Origin: Candidatus Eiseniibacteriota bacterium
GTDB taxonomy: Bacteria > Eisenbacteria > RBG-16-71-46
Assembly (NCBI GenBank): GCA_963725865.1
Contig: CAVSAC010000014.1
Location: forward strand, 485,422-549,421
Length of the DNA: 64,000 nt
Direction of reading: 5' to 3'
The translations under genes were made by a program, and so were the position numbers. Shown here one piece after another: positions 8,307 through 20,997 of the stretch; the first letter of the stretch is position 1, and each line of letters begins with the position of its first letter. The notes under the pieces are model-generated. The model ran no database searches. It was not told the origin of the DNA and saw only the letters and a program-made list of their open reading frames with translations.

Positions 8307-11106
8307 CCGGCGCGTCGGCGTCACTTCAGAAGACTGGCATCCCAATTCTGCACGAGGTGGAGCGAGGTGTGGGGGAGACCAGGGCCCGGAGTCGCGACCA
8401 GGAAACGAGTGCCGTCGGGCGAGGGGCACGTCCCTCGGCTCTCGTCCGGCAAGCGAAAGAGCGTGGTGGTGGGTCCGGGGCGGTAGCCGCCGGGTGCCGG
8501 CAGGAGCGCCATGGAGCGCAAAGTCTGATTGTCCGTGGCGACGAAGATCAGTTGGTTCCCGACCGCCCAGACAGAGTGCCGACTGGAGGGGGCATACCCG
8601 CAGCCGTCGCTGGTCAGGCGTACCGCGTGGTGACGCTCCGGGAAATCGTCGAGGTAGAGTTCCTTTCGTCCGCTGGCGTCCGAGACGAAGACGGCGTGGT
8701 GCCCGTCCGGAAGGATCGCCAGATCCGACTCGTCGGCTGAGCTCGCCGCGTAGGCCCGTTCGAGCCTCGGTCTCGCGGCGTTGTACAGCATCAGGTCCCC
8801 CCGGCCGTTCGAAGCTCCGCGCACGAGCACGAACAGCTTGCCGCCCGGAGCCGCCACGATTAGGTCGCCGAATTGGGCTCCGGATATCAGCACCCCGTAT
8901 GCCGACGGGTCATCCGGGCTCATGATGCGATTCTCCCGCCCACCCTCCTCTCCCGAGGCGTAGAGGATCCTGGTGCCATCGGCGGACCAGATGGGCCAAC
9001 TGTTCCATGCCTTGGGATCGGTGAGCCTCGCAACCGCACCCGTTCCCAGGTCTGCCAGCCAAAGGCACGTCTCGTATCCCTCGATCCGCCGGGTGATAAG
9101 TTGCCGCCCCGTCGCATCGAGGCTGTGGGCGATGCACGGCCCCTCCAGTCGCACGACCACGCCTCCCGGAAGGCCTGCACGCGTGTACCAGCGGTATTCC
9201 GTTGCACGCTGATCCTCAGGGTAATAGACCATCGTGGGTCCGGCGACCAGCGCGATCGGGGTGGCGGGGAACGGCACCTGCAACGCGGGACTCTCGGCCA
9301 AGGCCGCGGGTTCGCCGATCAGTCGGCGGCCCTGCAAGTCGACCTGCTGCGTCAGCAGGGCATCGTCTCGCAGGAAGACGAGCCGGCCGCGTCCGTCAGA
9401 TCTCGGCGAGCTCTGCGCCAGCAGCAGCACCCTGTCTGATCGGCCGACCAGGTCGCCCACATGGATGCTGTAGAGGTTCGGTTGAACGGGGGGGTAGGCC
9501 GCGAAGAGAAAGTGACGCCCATCGGGAAGCAGTTCGGGGAAGATGTGGCCCACCTCGTGCCGGCCTTCGTCGAGCATCGTTGCTGGCTCCGGCGTCCCTC
9601 CGCTTGCTCGAACACGCATCAGGGGGCCACCGGATTCTCGGCCGTACACGATCCACCCGTCCGGTGTCCAAAAGCCGCCGACGTAGCCCGTGGCATCGCA
9701 TATCACCTGAACGGTGCCATCGGCGACCTTGATGCGGACCAGCTTGTTGTCCCCCGAGCGGAAGGCAATTTCGCGCGAGTCCGGGGACCAGATCGGATAC
9801 TCCACGTTTCGACTGGTTCCGATCAGGCGAGGCCGGACCTCATCGAGGCGTCGTACAAAGATGGCCGAATCGCCGCGTGTCAGCGCTACGGACCTTCCGT
9901 CTGGCGAAAGCGCATACTCATTCTGCCAAGGTGCCCACTCGAAGGTGAGTTGCGTCTTGATCGGGGCCGCGCCCCGCTGCGTGGCCCATGGTCGAAGCGC
10001 GAGCGCGCCGGCTCCGAGCGAAACCAGTCCCGCCAGCGTTCCGATCAGGAGCGGCGCCAGGAGCGCACGCCGGTTCGCCCTTCCCACGACCGTGTCGCTC
10101 GCGGCGCCTCCCGGCGCTGCCAGGCGGCGGAGTTCCCGCGCCAGGTCCGCCGCATTCTGCCAGCGCAGGTCGGGGTCCTTGGACAAACACGTTCGGATGA
10201 GACTTTCGAACGCGCTGAAGCCCGCCGTGCCCACGTTTGGGAGCGGTGGCGGTTCGGCGGTGAGGATGGCCGCCGCCAGGCTCGCCGTGGATCCCGCTTC
10301 AAAGGCACGACGGCCCGCGACCATTTCGAACATCGTCGCGCCCAGAGCCCAGAGATCCGAGCGCGCGTCGGCGGATTGACCCTGCAACAGTTCGGGCGCC
10401 GTGTAGGGCAGCGTGCCGACCAGCGTGTTCGAGGCCGAGAGGGCGGCGGGCTCGGTCGGCGACTGAGAGAGTCTCTCTTCCGCCCCGCCGGCGTCGCGAA
10501 GCAATCGCGCGAGTCCGAAGTCCATGAGCTTGACCCCGGTCTTCGTGATCATGATGTTGCCGGGCTTCAGGTCGCGGTGGAGGATCCCGGCGCGGTGCGC
10601 CCGGGCGAGTGCCTCGGCCGTCTGAGCGCTGAACTCCAGCGCTTCGGCGAGCCTCAGCGGTCCTCTCTCGATCCGCGCGGCGAGCGTCTCGCCCTCCACA
10701 AGTTCGAGGACGAGGTAGTCGATGCCCTCCGCCTGCCCGACGTCGTGAAGCACGCAGATGTGCGGGTGGCTGAGCGACGCGACAGCGCGCGCCTCGCGCT
10801 CGAAGCGGGCGCGCGCATCGGGGCTCGACACAAGGTGGCCGGCCAGCACCTTGAGGGCGACGTCCCGCCCCAGGCGGCTGTCGCGCGCCCGGTAGACCTC
10901 GCCCATGCCTCCGGCGCCGAGCGCTGAAAGGATCTGGTATGGGCCAAGTGTGGTTCCGACCTTGATTGGCACTGTGCGCCTCGCAGTCACGGCCGCCGCG
11001 ATGGACCCGATACCCGCAAGCGTCAGGCAGCATAGCAACGATTCCGTGGGCCCCACCACGGCTTCCCGGGGGCGCCCGGCCACGCTGCACTTGCCGCTGT
11101 CGGCCG
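8253..11106 (+). repeat. 28-bp direct repeat pair (8253-8280 and 11079-11106) flanking the kinase cargo gene
   Basis: GCGACGCTGCACTTGCCCCTGTCGGCCG vs GCCACGCTGCACTTGCCGCTGTCGGCCG: 26/28 identical, both differences at codon third positions, both encoding ATLHLPLSA. Confidence 0.85.
8321..10972 (-). CDS. Ser/Thr protein kinase with C-terminal TolB/PD40-like beta-propeller
   Basis: GTG start after GAGG; 'LGPYQILSALGAGGMGEVYRARD', HRDLKPGN, DFG, TM helix, then 'LSPDGRSVA', 'PIWSPDSREIAF' and 'PDGRHFLF' repeats. Lower GC than the flanks. Confidence 0.93.
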   Translation of the reverse strand: MPIKVGTTLGPYQILSALGAGGMGEVYRARDSRLGRDVALKVLAGHLVSSPDARARFEREARAVASLSHPHICVLHDVGQAEGIDYLVLELVEGETLAARIERGPLRLAEALEFSAQTAEALARAHRAGILHRDLKPGNIMITKTGVKLMDFGLARLLRDAGGAEERLSQSPTEPAALSASNTLVGTLPYTAPELLQGQSADARSDLWALGATMFEMVAGRRAFEAGSTASLAAAILTAEPPPLPNVGTAGFSAFESLIRTCLSKDPDLRWQNAADLARELRRLAAPGGAASDTVVGRANRRALLAPLLIGTLAGLVSLGAGALALRPWATQRGAAPIKTQLTFEWAPWQNEYALSPDGRSVALTRGDSAIFVRRLDEVRPRLIGTSRNVEYPIWSPDSREIAFRSGDNKLVRIKVADGTVQVICDATGYVGGFWTPDGWIVYGRESGGPLMRVRASGGTPEPATMLDEGRHEVGHIFPELLPDGRHFLFAAYPPVQPNLYSIHVGDLVGRSDRVLLLAQSSPRSDGRGRLVFLRDDALLTQQVDLQGRRLIGEPAALAESPALQVPFPATPIALVAGPTMVYYPEDQRATEYRWYTRAGLPGGVVVRLEGPCIAHSLDATGRQLITRRIEGYETCLWLADLGTGAVARLTDPKAWNSWPIWSADGTRILYASGEEGGRENRIMSPDDPSAYGVLISGAQFGDLIVAAPGGKLFVLVRGASNGRGDLMLYNAARPRLERAYAASSADESDLAILPDGHHAVFVSDASGRKELYLDDFPERHHAVRLTSDGCGYAPSSRHSVWAVGNQLIFVATDNQTLRSMALLPAPGGYRPGPTTTLFRLPDESRGTCPSPDGTRFLVATPGPGLPHTSLHLVQNWDASLLK

Positions 11107-11176
11107 CCGCGGACCGGGGCTAGACTCCGGAGCATCCTCGCAGCCCTTCTGATTCAACCCCCTTCGGAGGTGTGCC

Positions 11177-11278
11177 ATGTCCAGCCGCGAACACGCGATG
11201 TTCATTGCTTCGTGGGAGCACGAGGCCAAGTCCACGGTCAAGCTCCTGAACGCCCTTCCCGCCGACAAGTACGACTTC
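11177..11278 (+). pseudogene. DinB-family gene, 5' fragment
   Basis: GGAGGT RBS plus MSSREHAMFIASWEHEAKSTVKLLNALPADKYDF, typical of DinB/YfiT N-termini; then the sequence switches to IS DNA. Confidence 0.6.
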
Positions 11279-11294
11279 CCGCCGCGGTGCGCGC

Positions 11295-11470
11295 CTACCC
11301 CGCCGCCGCTTCCGCCCACGGTCCCGCGCGCGCCTCCACCCGGCGCCGCTCGAGGTGCGCGAGGATGCGCGTGACCACCACCGGCTCGGTCCAGCCGCGC
11401 CGCCGGCTGGCGTACGCCCCGTAGTGGCGCACCCGTACCTCGCCCTTCGCCGGGATGTGCCGCACCAGTC
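11295..11470 (-). mobile_element. Second IS91-family transposase remnant with internal deletion
   Basis: Homologous to 6793-6889 (..RILAHLERRRVEARAGPWAEAAAG*) joined directly to sequence homologous to 7081-7160 (..HIPAKGEVRV..YGAYASRRRGW). Confidence 0.85.
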
Positions 11471-11598
11471 TCTCACTCGCGGTACAGCGTCCACGGCGTG
11501 GTCACGTCGTACACGCCAGCGACACCGCGCAGTCCCCCAACGACCGCGGGCGCGAGGCTCGCGCCCCGCGCCCGCTCCATGCCGCTCCGGCTCCGCGT

Positions 11599-11892
11599 CT
11601 AAGCGTCGCTCTTCGGCCTGAGCCCCTCCGGCACCTCGCCGACCGCGTCGGCGAGCACCGTGGCCTGGTTGTTCGAGACCTCGAAGAACCCCCCGCTCAC
11701 CTGCATCGTGAACTCGGCGCCGTCCGGCCGCCGCAGCATGAGCGCGCCCTGCGCGAGTGCCGTCACCAGCGCGGCGTGATGCGCCAGCACCCCGAGCGAG
11801 CCCTCGGTGCCCGGCACCTGCACGTACTCCACCGGGCCCTCGAACACCGAGCGCTCGGGCGTCAGGATCGACAGCTGGAAGCTCGTCCCCAT
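11599..11892 (-). CDS. atpC: ATP synthase epsilon subunit, second copy with a different C-terminus
   Basis: Near-identical to 15455-15745 except the tail (GLRPKSDA vs GLTTEPR). Confidence 0.85.
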   Translation of the reverse strand: MGTSFQLSILTPERSVFEGPVEYVQVPGTEGSLGVLAHHAALVTALAQGALMLRRPDGAEFTMQVSGGFFEVSNNQATVLADAVGEVPEGLRPKSDA

Positions 11893-11896
11893 CGGC

Positions 11897-12655
<759 letters not shown>

Positions 12656-12658
12656 CTA

Positions 12659-15055
12659 CTAGGGCAAGAGGAGCAGCCTGCGTACCGACGTCGCGGCGAC
12701 GGATCGCGCTCTCAGGAAGTAGAGGCCTGCAGCGGCGGGCTCACCGCCGGCCGCGCTCCCATCCCACGAGAGTGAGTGGAGGCCAGCACTAAAGCTACGG
12801 CTCGCCAGCGCCGCGACGCGCCGGCCTTGCGTATCGAACACGTCCAGCGAGACGTCGGCCGGTTCCGCGAGCTCGAGCACGAAACGGCTGGAACCCCGCG
12901 TGGGATTCGGCGATGGCGACGAGAGACGCAGTGCGGCGGTCGGGATCCGCGATGGCCCTACGGCGGCCGGTTCCGGGGGTGTGAAGCGAAGTGCCCAAAA
13001 GCTGGTTGCCCCGTCCGTGCACACCACCAGACGATCGCCGACGGGGTCGTAGATCGCGGCGCCGCTCAGCAACTCCCACGGCTGGGTCGGGCCCGTCCCT
13101 AGGATCTGAAGGCGCGACCAGGTCGGCGCGGATCCGAGTGAGAGCGCCCATTCGCGATTCACCACAACACGGTGGCGGTGGGGATCGAAGATGGCTTCGA
13201 TCGCGGTGCCGGAATTGGGCCCGGTCCCGGTGGTCGAGAGATGCGCCCACACTCCGATCGGATCCAACGGCAGCATCCAGACGTCGCCGGCGCCCAGGTC
13301 ACCAATGAAGATGAGCCGACGGCAATCGGCATCCAGAACTACCGTAGGGTAGCCATTCAAGCCGAACGGACTCGTGGAGAACCTCTGCGTCCACTCAGGT
13401 ACCGGCCCGAACTTGAGGGACCACAGCGACCGATCTGGATCCTGGCCGTAGTAGGGGTCGCCGCCGACAACGAACATCTGGTCCGTGAGCGGGTCGAAGA
13501 CCGCGCTATGACCCCACCTCGCCGCGGGTGGAATACCGGTCGGCCACAACTCCTCCCAAGGAGTCCCGAAATCCAGGTCGGCGACCCAGGTGTCATTGGC
13601 GAGGTCGCCAGGTATGCCGACATATGGCTTGTCCATGCCACCAAACAGCACCAGGTGGTTCCGGCCAACGTCAAGCACGATCGACCCACCGAGTCGCCAC
13701 GGACGCATATAAGGGTTCCCCCCCGTGACGGTCTCGGCCTTCAGGTCATAGCTCACCCGATCTCCGATCCCATACTGTCCATATCGGTAAAGATTCCCGT
13801 ATCCTCCGTGGACGAGCATGCGACGATTGGACGGATCGTAGGCGGCTCTCGAACCGCTGATGTGCTCGGGCGGCGCCCCGACGGCTACAGATTGCCAGGA
13901 TGAATCCGCATCAAAGACGAGCGAAGTCGCGTCGCTGAAGTCAAAGGTCGGTTGGTTGCTCCAGTCAACGTAGTTATCGTACCAGCCGCCGCAGATCACC
14001 ATTCGATCGCGCACCGGATCATAGACCGCGGAGTGTCCAGCGCGGTCATGCGGCTCATCAACGGTGACGAGCTTCGTCCAGGTCGGCTCCGGTGACAATG
14101 AAAGTGCCCAGCAGCCAACCTCGTTGAAGGCTGGCTCCTGAAAGCAGTCCCAATTGCAGTCTGGAGTGATACCACAATGATAGAGTATCCAATCGTGCCC
14201 GCCGAAGATCACCATGCGGTCGCGCACGGGATCGTAGATCGCGCTGTGCTGCCCGGTGGAGGGACCGGACGGAAGGGATAGCTGCTGCCACATTGAGCCC
14301 GCGGCAAGGGATAGCGTCCAAACTTCGTTCACGGCCATGAGGTGTTCGTCACATGGCGGCGGCATGTGGACGTACCCGCCATACACCAACACTTGATCAC
14401 GCGCCTTGTCGTGAATCACGGAGAACCCGGTCCTAGGCCCGGCTGGCGCAGCGGATGTCGGCAAAGCGGTCCATTCGAGTGGGCACACGAGCAGGAGCTG
14501 CCACACTTCCAGCTGCGCGGTGAAGGCGAGCAACCGATCGCGCACCGGGTCGTAGAGCAGAGCGAGGTAGTCCGGCGGCGAGCCCGAGGTTGGCAACGTC
14601 TTCCACGCGGCATCAGCGCCCAGCGACAGGCTCCACAGCGAGGCGCCCGAGCCCACCAACATTCGTTGGCGCACGGGGTCATAGATCGCGAGACCGCCCG
14701 GAGGTGGAGCCCCCTCGGGGTTCACGCGCGACCACCAGCCACCGGCTCCCAACCCAAGGCCCCACATCTGGCCTCCGCCGAACACCAACATGCGATCCCC
14801 GACCGGATCGAGAATCGCACTGTGATCCCGACGCACGGGTGGTGCGAGCTCGATCCACTCGGCATCGAACTCGGATGTGTCGAGACACGTCGGAGTCCCA
14901 AGGAACGCACCACCGGGGGCTACGGGCGTCGGGGTCGGCACGGGTGCGACGGGGATCGATGTCGCAGCGACCGCAGAGCTCGCGGGCAACAGGATCGCCC
15001 CGATCCCCCAAAGCACAACGGGGAATGCCCATCGGATCAGAAGCAGCGGCCTCAT
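12659..15055 (-). CDS. Secreted Kelch-like beta-propeller protein with C-terminal FlgD-Ig/T9SS-type domain
   Basis: Signal peptide; repeated 'HSAxYDPVRDRMxxFGG' blades; 'SPSPNPTRGS...LDVFDTQGRRVA..WDG...AAGLYFLR'. Lower GC than host genes. Confidence 0.85.
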   Translation of the reverse strand: MRPLLLIRWAFPVVLWGIGAILLPASSAVAATSIPVAPVPTPTPVAPGGAFLGTPTCLDTSEFDAEWIELAPPVRRDHSAILDPVGDRMLVFGGGQMWGLGLGAGGWWSRVNPEGAPPPGGLAIYDPVRQRMLVGSGASLWSLSLGADAAWKTLPTSGSPPDYLALLYDPVRDRLLAFTAQLEVWQLLLVCPLEWTALPTSAAPAGPRTGFSVIHDKARDQVLVYGGYVHMPPPCDEHLMAVNEVWTLSLAAGSMWQQLSLPSGPSTGQHSAIYDPVRDRMVIFGGHDWILYHCGITPDCNWDCFQEPAFNEVGCWALSLSPEPTWTKLVTVDEPHDRAGHSAVYDPVRDRMVICGGWYDNYVDWSNQPTFDFSDATSLVFDADSSWQSVAVGAPPEHISGSRAAYDPSNRRMLVHGGYGNLYRYGQYGIGDRVSYDLKAETVTGGNPYMRPWRLGGSIVLDVGRNHLVLFGGMDKPYVGIPGDLANDTWVADLDFGTPWEELWPTGIPPAARWGHSAVFDPLTDQMFVVGGDPYYGQDPDRSLWSLKFGPVPEWTQRFSTSPFGLNGYPTVVLDADCRRLIFIGDLGAGDVWMLPLDPIGVWAHLSTTGTGPNSGTAIEAIFDPHRHRVVVNREWALSLGSAPTWSRLQILGTGPTQPWELLSGAAIYDPVGDRLVVCTDGATSFWALRFTPPEPAAVGPSRIPTAALRLSSPSPNPTRGSSRFVLELAEPADVSLDVFDTQGRRVAALASRSFSAGLHSLSWDGSAAGGEPAAAGLYFLRARSVAATSVRRLLLLP

Positions 15056-15193
15056 GGCGTGCCTCGATTTGCCCTCCCTCGCGAGTCATGAAGGAGGATC
15101 CTGTTTCATGCGACGTACGGTACTACCCGCCCTGTCACCTACAAAGGGGTTTGGCGGCTCCCGGTATGCACGCCCAGGGCATTGCGGTTACGG

Positions 15194-15225
15194 ATAGGGA
15201 TCTCCCTTTCGCGCTGGCGAGCCTA
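15194..15225. mobile_element. Putative IS91-family oriIS end, copy 2 (no transposase attached)
   Basis: ATAGGGATCTCCCTTTCGCGCTGGCGAGCCTA aligns with 6534-6566 in the same orientation. Confidence 0.55.
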
Positions 15226-15454
15226 CCGTGGCCCGGACAGTGGCCGAATGGCCGTCTCGCCCCCTGCGGGCGGGTCGGCGGGCACCACCGCCGCCGCTGG
15301 CGGCGCGCGGCGCGGTCCGGTCGCTCATCGCATCGCCTGACTCCGCCGCTCGCCGACCCTCAGGCATCGCGGCAGCAACACCACGCGGCCCCACAACGAC
15401 CACGGGCGCGAGGCTCGTGCCCCCGCGCCCGCTCCATGCCGCTCCGGCGCCGCC

Positions 15455-15745
15455 TCAACGCGGTTCGGTCGTCAGCCCCTCCGGCACCTCGCCGACCGCG
15501 TCGGCGAGCACCGTGGCCTGGTTGTTCGAGACCTCGAAGAACCCCCCGCTCACCTGCATCGTGAACTCGGCGCCGTCCGGCCGCCGCAGCATGAGCGCGC
15601 CCTGCGCGAGTGCCGTCACCAGCGCGGCGTGGTGCGCCAGCACCCCGAGCGAGCCCTCGGTGCCCGGCACCTGCACGTACTCCACCGGGCCCTCGAACAC
15701 CGAGCGCTCGGGCGTCAGGATCGACAGCTGGAAGCTCGTCCCCAT
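15455..15745 (-). CDS. atpC: ATP synthase F1 epsilon subunit (short, 96 aa)
   Basis: 'LSILTPERSVFEGPV..VQVPG.EGSLGVLAHHA', 'VSGGFFEV'. Confidence 0.95.
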   Translation of the reverse strand: MGTSFQLSILTPERSVFEGPVEYVQVPGTEGSLGVLAHHAALVTALAQGALMLRRPDGAEFTMQVSGGFFEVSNNQATVLADAVGEVPEGLTTEPR

Positions 15746-15749
15746 CGGC

Positions 15750-17220
<1,471 letters not shown>

Positions 17221-18078
17221 CTAGGTCAGCGCGTCCGCGCCAGCCACGATCTCGGACAGCTCCTTGGTGATGGCGGCCTGGCGCAGGCGGTTCCGTTTCA
17301 GGACCAGCATGTCGATCATCTCGCCGGCATTCTTGCGCGCCGAGCCCATCGCCACCATGCGCGCGCCGTGCTCGCTGGCGAGCGAGTCGGCCATCGCGGC
17401 GAACAGCTTGGCGGTCGCGTAGCGCGGGAGCAGCTCGGCGAAGATCGTCTCGGCATCGGGCTCGAAGATCGCGTTCGCGTCTCCGCCGGCCGCGTGCGCG
17501 CCCCCGGTGCCCACCGGCAGGAACGGCTCGGTCACGATGCGCCGCACGAGCGCGTTCACGAACTGGGTGTAGAGCACCTCGACGCGGTCGACCTCGCCGG
17601 ACACGTAGCGCTCGATCAGGTCCTGCGTCAGGGTCCGCACGAACTCCAGGCTGACCTCGGCTGGCTGCTCGGTGTAGGTGGCGAGGATCGGGTATCTGCG
17701 GCGCTTGAAGTAGTCGCGCGGCTTGCGGCCCACGAGCACCAGCCGCAGCGTGCCCGGCGCGGCCTCGCGCAGGCGCTGCTCGGCGGCGCGGATGATGTTC
17801 GCGTTGTAGGCGCCGGCGAGTCCGCGGTCCGAGCCCACCACGACCAGCACGGAGGTCTTCACCGCGCGCGCCTGCAACAGCGGGTGCTCGAGCTCGGCTC
17901 CGGCGGCCGCCAGGTTGGCGAGCATCGCGGTGATCTTGGCGGCGTACGGCCGCGCGGCGGCGGCACGCGCCTGCGCACGGCGCAGTTTCGCGGCGGCCAC
18001 CATCTCCATGGCCTTCGTGATCTGCTGCGCGCTCCGGGTCGAGCGGATGCGCTTGCGGATGTCCTTCAGCGACGCCAT
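17221..18078 (-). CDS. atpG: ATP synthase F1 gamma subunit
   Basis: 'QQITKAMEMVAAAKL', 'SEHGARMVAM', 'RQAAITKELSEIVAGA'. Confidence 0.98.
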   Translation of the reverse strand: MASLKDIRKRIRSTRSAQQITKAMEMVAAAKLRRAQARAAAARPYAAKITAMLANLAAAGAELEHPLLQARAVKTSVLVVVGSDRGLAGAYNANIIRAAEQRLREAAPGTLRLVLVGRKPRDYFKRRRYPILATYTEQPAEVSLEFVRTLTQDLIERYVSGEVDRVEVLYTQFVNALVRRIVTEPFLPVGTGGAHAAGGDANAIFEPDAETIFAELLPRYATAKLFAAMADSLASEHGARMVAMGSARKNAGEMIDMLVLKRNRLRQAAITKELSEIVAGADALT

Positions 18079-18088
18079 GCGGCTCCGT

Positions 18089-19597
<1,509 letters not shown>

Positions 19598-19639
19598 GGG
19601 TGCGAACCCCGATCGTTGGGTGTGGTCAGACCTGCTCGC

Positions 19640-20185
19640 TCACACGGTCGCTTCGGACAGCCGATGCTCCACGGCCTCGAGCAGGCTCTTCACGGTGCGG
19701 TCGATGACGCGGTCGCCGATGCGGACGTAGACGCCGCCCAGCACCGACGCATCCACCGTCGTCGTCAGCTTGATGGTCTTCCGGGTCAGGCGCTCGATCT
19801 CGGTGTGCAGGCGCTGGAGCTCGTCGGGCAGCAGCGGCACCGCGCTCACGGCCTCCGCGCGCTGGATCCCTTGCCACGCCTCCAGCAGCAGCTCGTACTC
19901 GGCCACCACGCCGCGGAACACGCTCAGGCGCTTCTTGCGCAGCAGCAGGTCGACGAGTTCGCGCACGTACGGCCGCACCCGCGTGTCGAGGCTCGCGTGC
20001 AGCAGCTGGCGCTTGGCCTCGTTGCGCACCAACGGCGACCGGAAGAAGCGCCCGACCCGGGAGTCGGCGTTGATCACCGCCAGCAGCCCGTTGAGGTCCT
20101 CGAGGACCCCCGGGGCGTCCTGCTTGCGCTGCGCCACCATGAACAGCGCGTGCGCGTAGCGGTGCGCGACGGTGTCGTGGCTCAT
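19640..20185 (-). CDS. atpH: ATP synthase delta subunit
   Basis: 'VAHRYAHALF', 'VDASVLGGVYVRIGDRVID.TV'. Confidence 0.95.
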   Translation of the reverse strand: MSHDTVAHRYAHALFMVAQRKQDAPGVLEDLNGLLAVINADSRVGRFFRSPLVRNEAKRQLLHASLDTRVRPYVRELVDLLLRKKRLSVFRGVVAEYELLLEAWQGIQRAEAVSAVPLLPDELQRLHTEIERLTRKTIKLTTTVDASVLGGVYVRIGDRVIDRTVKSLLEAVEHRLSEATV

Positions 20186-20673
20186 GACAGGTCGCCGACC
20201 TCGTCGATGTAGGCGTTCACGAGCCGCCGCTGGTTCGCATCGTCGAGCCGGGCGCGCAGGATCTTCTCGGCGGTGAGGATCGACAGGTGCGCGACGCGCT
20301 CCTTGAGCAGCACCTTGGCCTTCTCGCGCTCGCGCACGATCTCCTCGTCGGCGCGCTCCAGGCGCGCCATGGCGTCGGACTGCGCCTGCTGCTTGATCTC
20401 GCCCGCGACCTTCTGGCCCTCGGCGATTGCCTCCTGCATCCGCGCGCGCGCCCGGGCCTCGATGCCACGCAGCTCCTGCTCGAACTTCGCCTTCAGCTCG
20501 TTCGCCTCGCGTCCCGCGCGATCGGCGGCCTCGAACTGATCGGCGATCCGCTTCCGCCGATCCTCGAGCATGGCGACGATCGGCCCCCACGCATAGCGTC
20601 CCAGGACCCACACCAGCAGGAGGAAGCCCAGGACCTGGGTGAGGACCAACCGGATGTCGATGAGACCGTTCAT
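20182..20673 (-). CDS. atpF: ATP synthase F0 subunit b
   Basis: GAGGAG RBS; TM helix 'QVLGFLLLVWVLGRYAWGPI' followed by a coiled coil. Confidence 0.95.
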   Translation of the reverse strand: MNGLIDIRLVLTQVLGFLLLVWVLGRYAWGPIVAMLEDRRKRIADQFEAADRAGREANELKAKFEQELRGIEARARARMQEAIAEGQKVAGEIKQQAQSDAMARLERADEEIVREREKAKVLLKERVAHLSILTAEKILRARLDDANQRRLVNAYIDEVGDLS

Positions 20674-20743
20674 GAGACTCCTCAAGGCCCGGCGGACGTG
20701 GACCGGAGGTCCCCGCCGCGCGGCGTCCCGTGGGGGACTTCGA

Positions 20744-20977
20744 CTATCCGATCTTGCTCATGAGGACGAGCGCGATCACGAACGCGTAGATCGTCAGCGC
20801 TTCGGCGAACGCGCCGATGATGATCATCGCGGTCTGCAGCTTGGCGATCGCCTCGGGCTGGCGGCCCATCGCCTGCAGCGCGCCGTTGCCGATCATGCCG
20901 AGTCCGATGCCTGAGCCGACGGCGGCGAGGCCGATGCCGAGCGGGAGCGCGAGCGAGAGTGCGGACTGGAAATTCAT
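20744..20977 (-). CDS. atpE: ATP synthase F0 subunit c (H+-type: AEA, no Na+ E-S/T motif)
   Basis: 'GIGLGMIG', 'RQPE', 'FAEALTIY'. Confidence 0.97.
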   Translation of the reverse strand: MNFQSALSLALPLGIGLAAVGSGIGLGMIGNGALQAMGRQPEAIAKLQTAMIIIGAFAEALTIYAFVIALVLMSKIG

Positions 20978-20997
20978 GGGTCTCCTCCTGGGGGTTC

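Noticed and set aside
15092-15197. Short ORF MRRTVLPAL... behind an AAGGAGG RBS
   Set aside because: Only 28 codons, ending inside the ori-like motif; cannot be distinguished from chance or a gene scrap.
20744-20977. Na+-translocating or N-type ATPase
   Set aside because: Subunit c lacks the Na+-binding E-S/T motif, and the gene order is the standard F-type.
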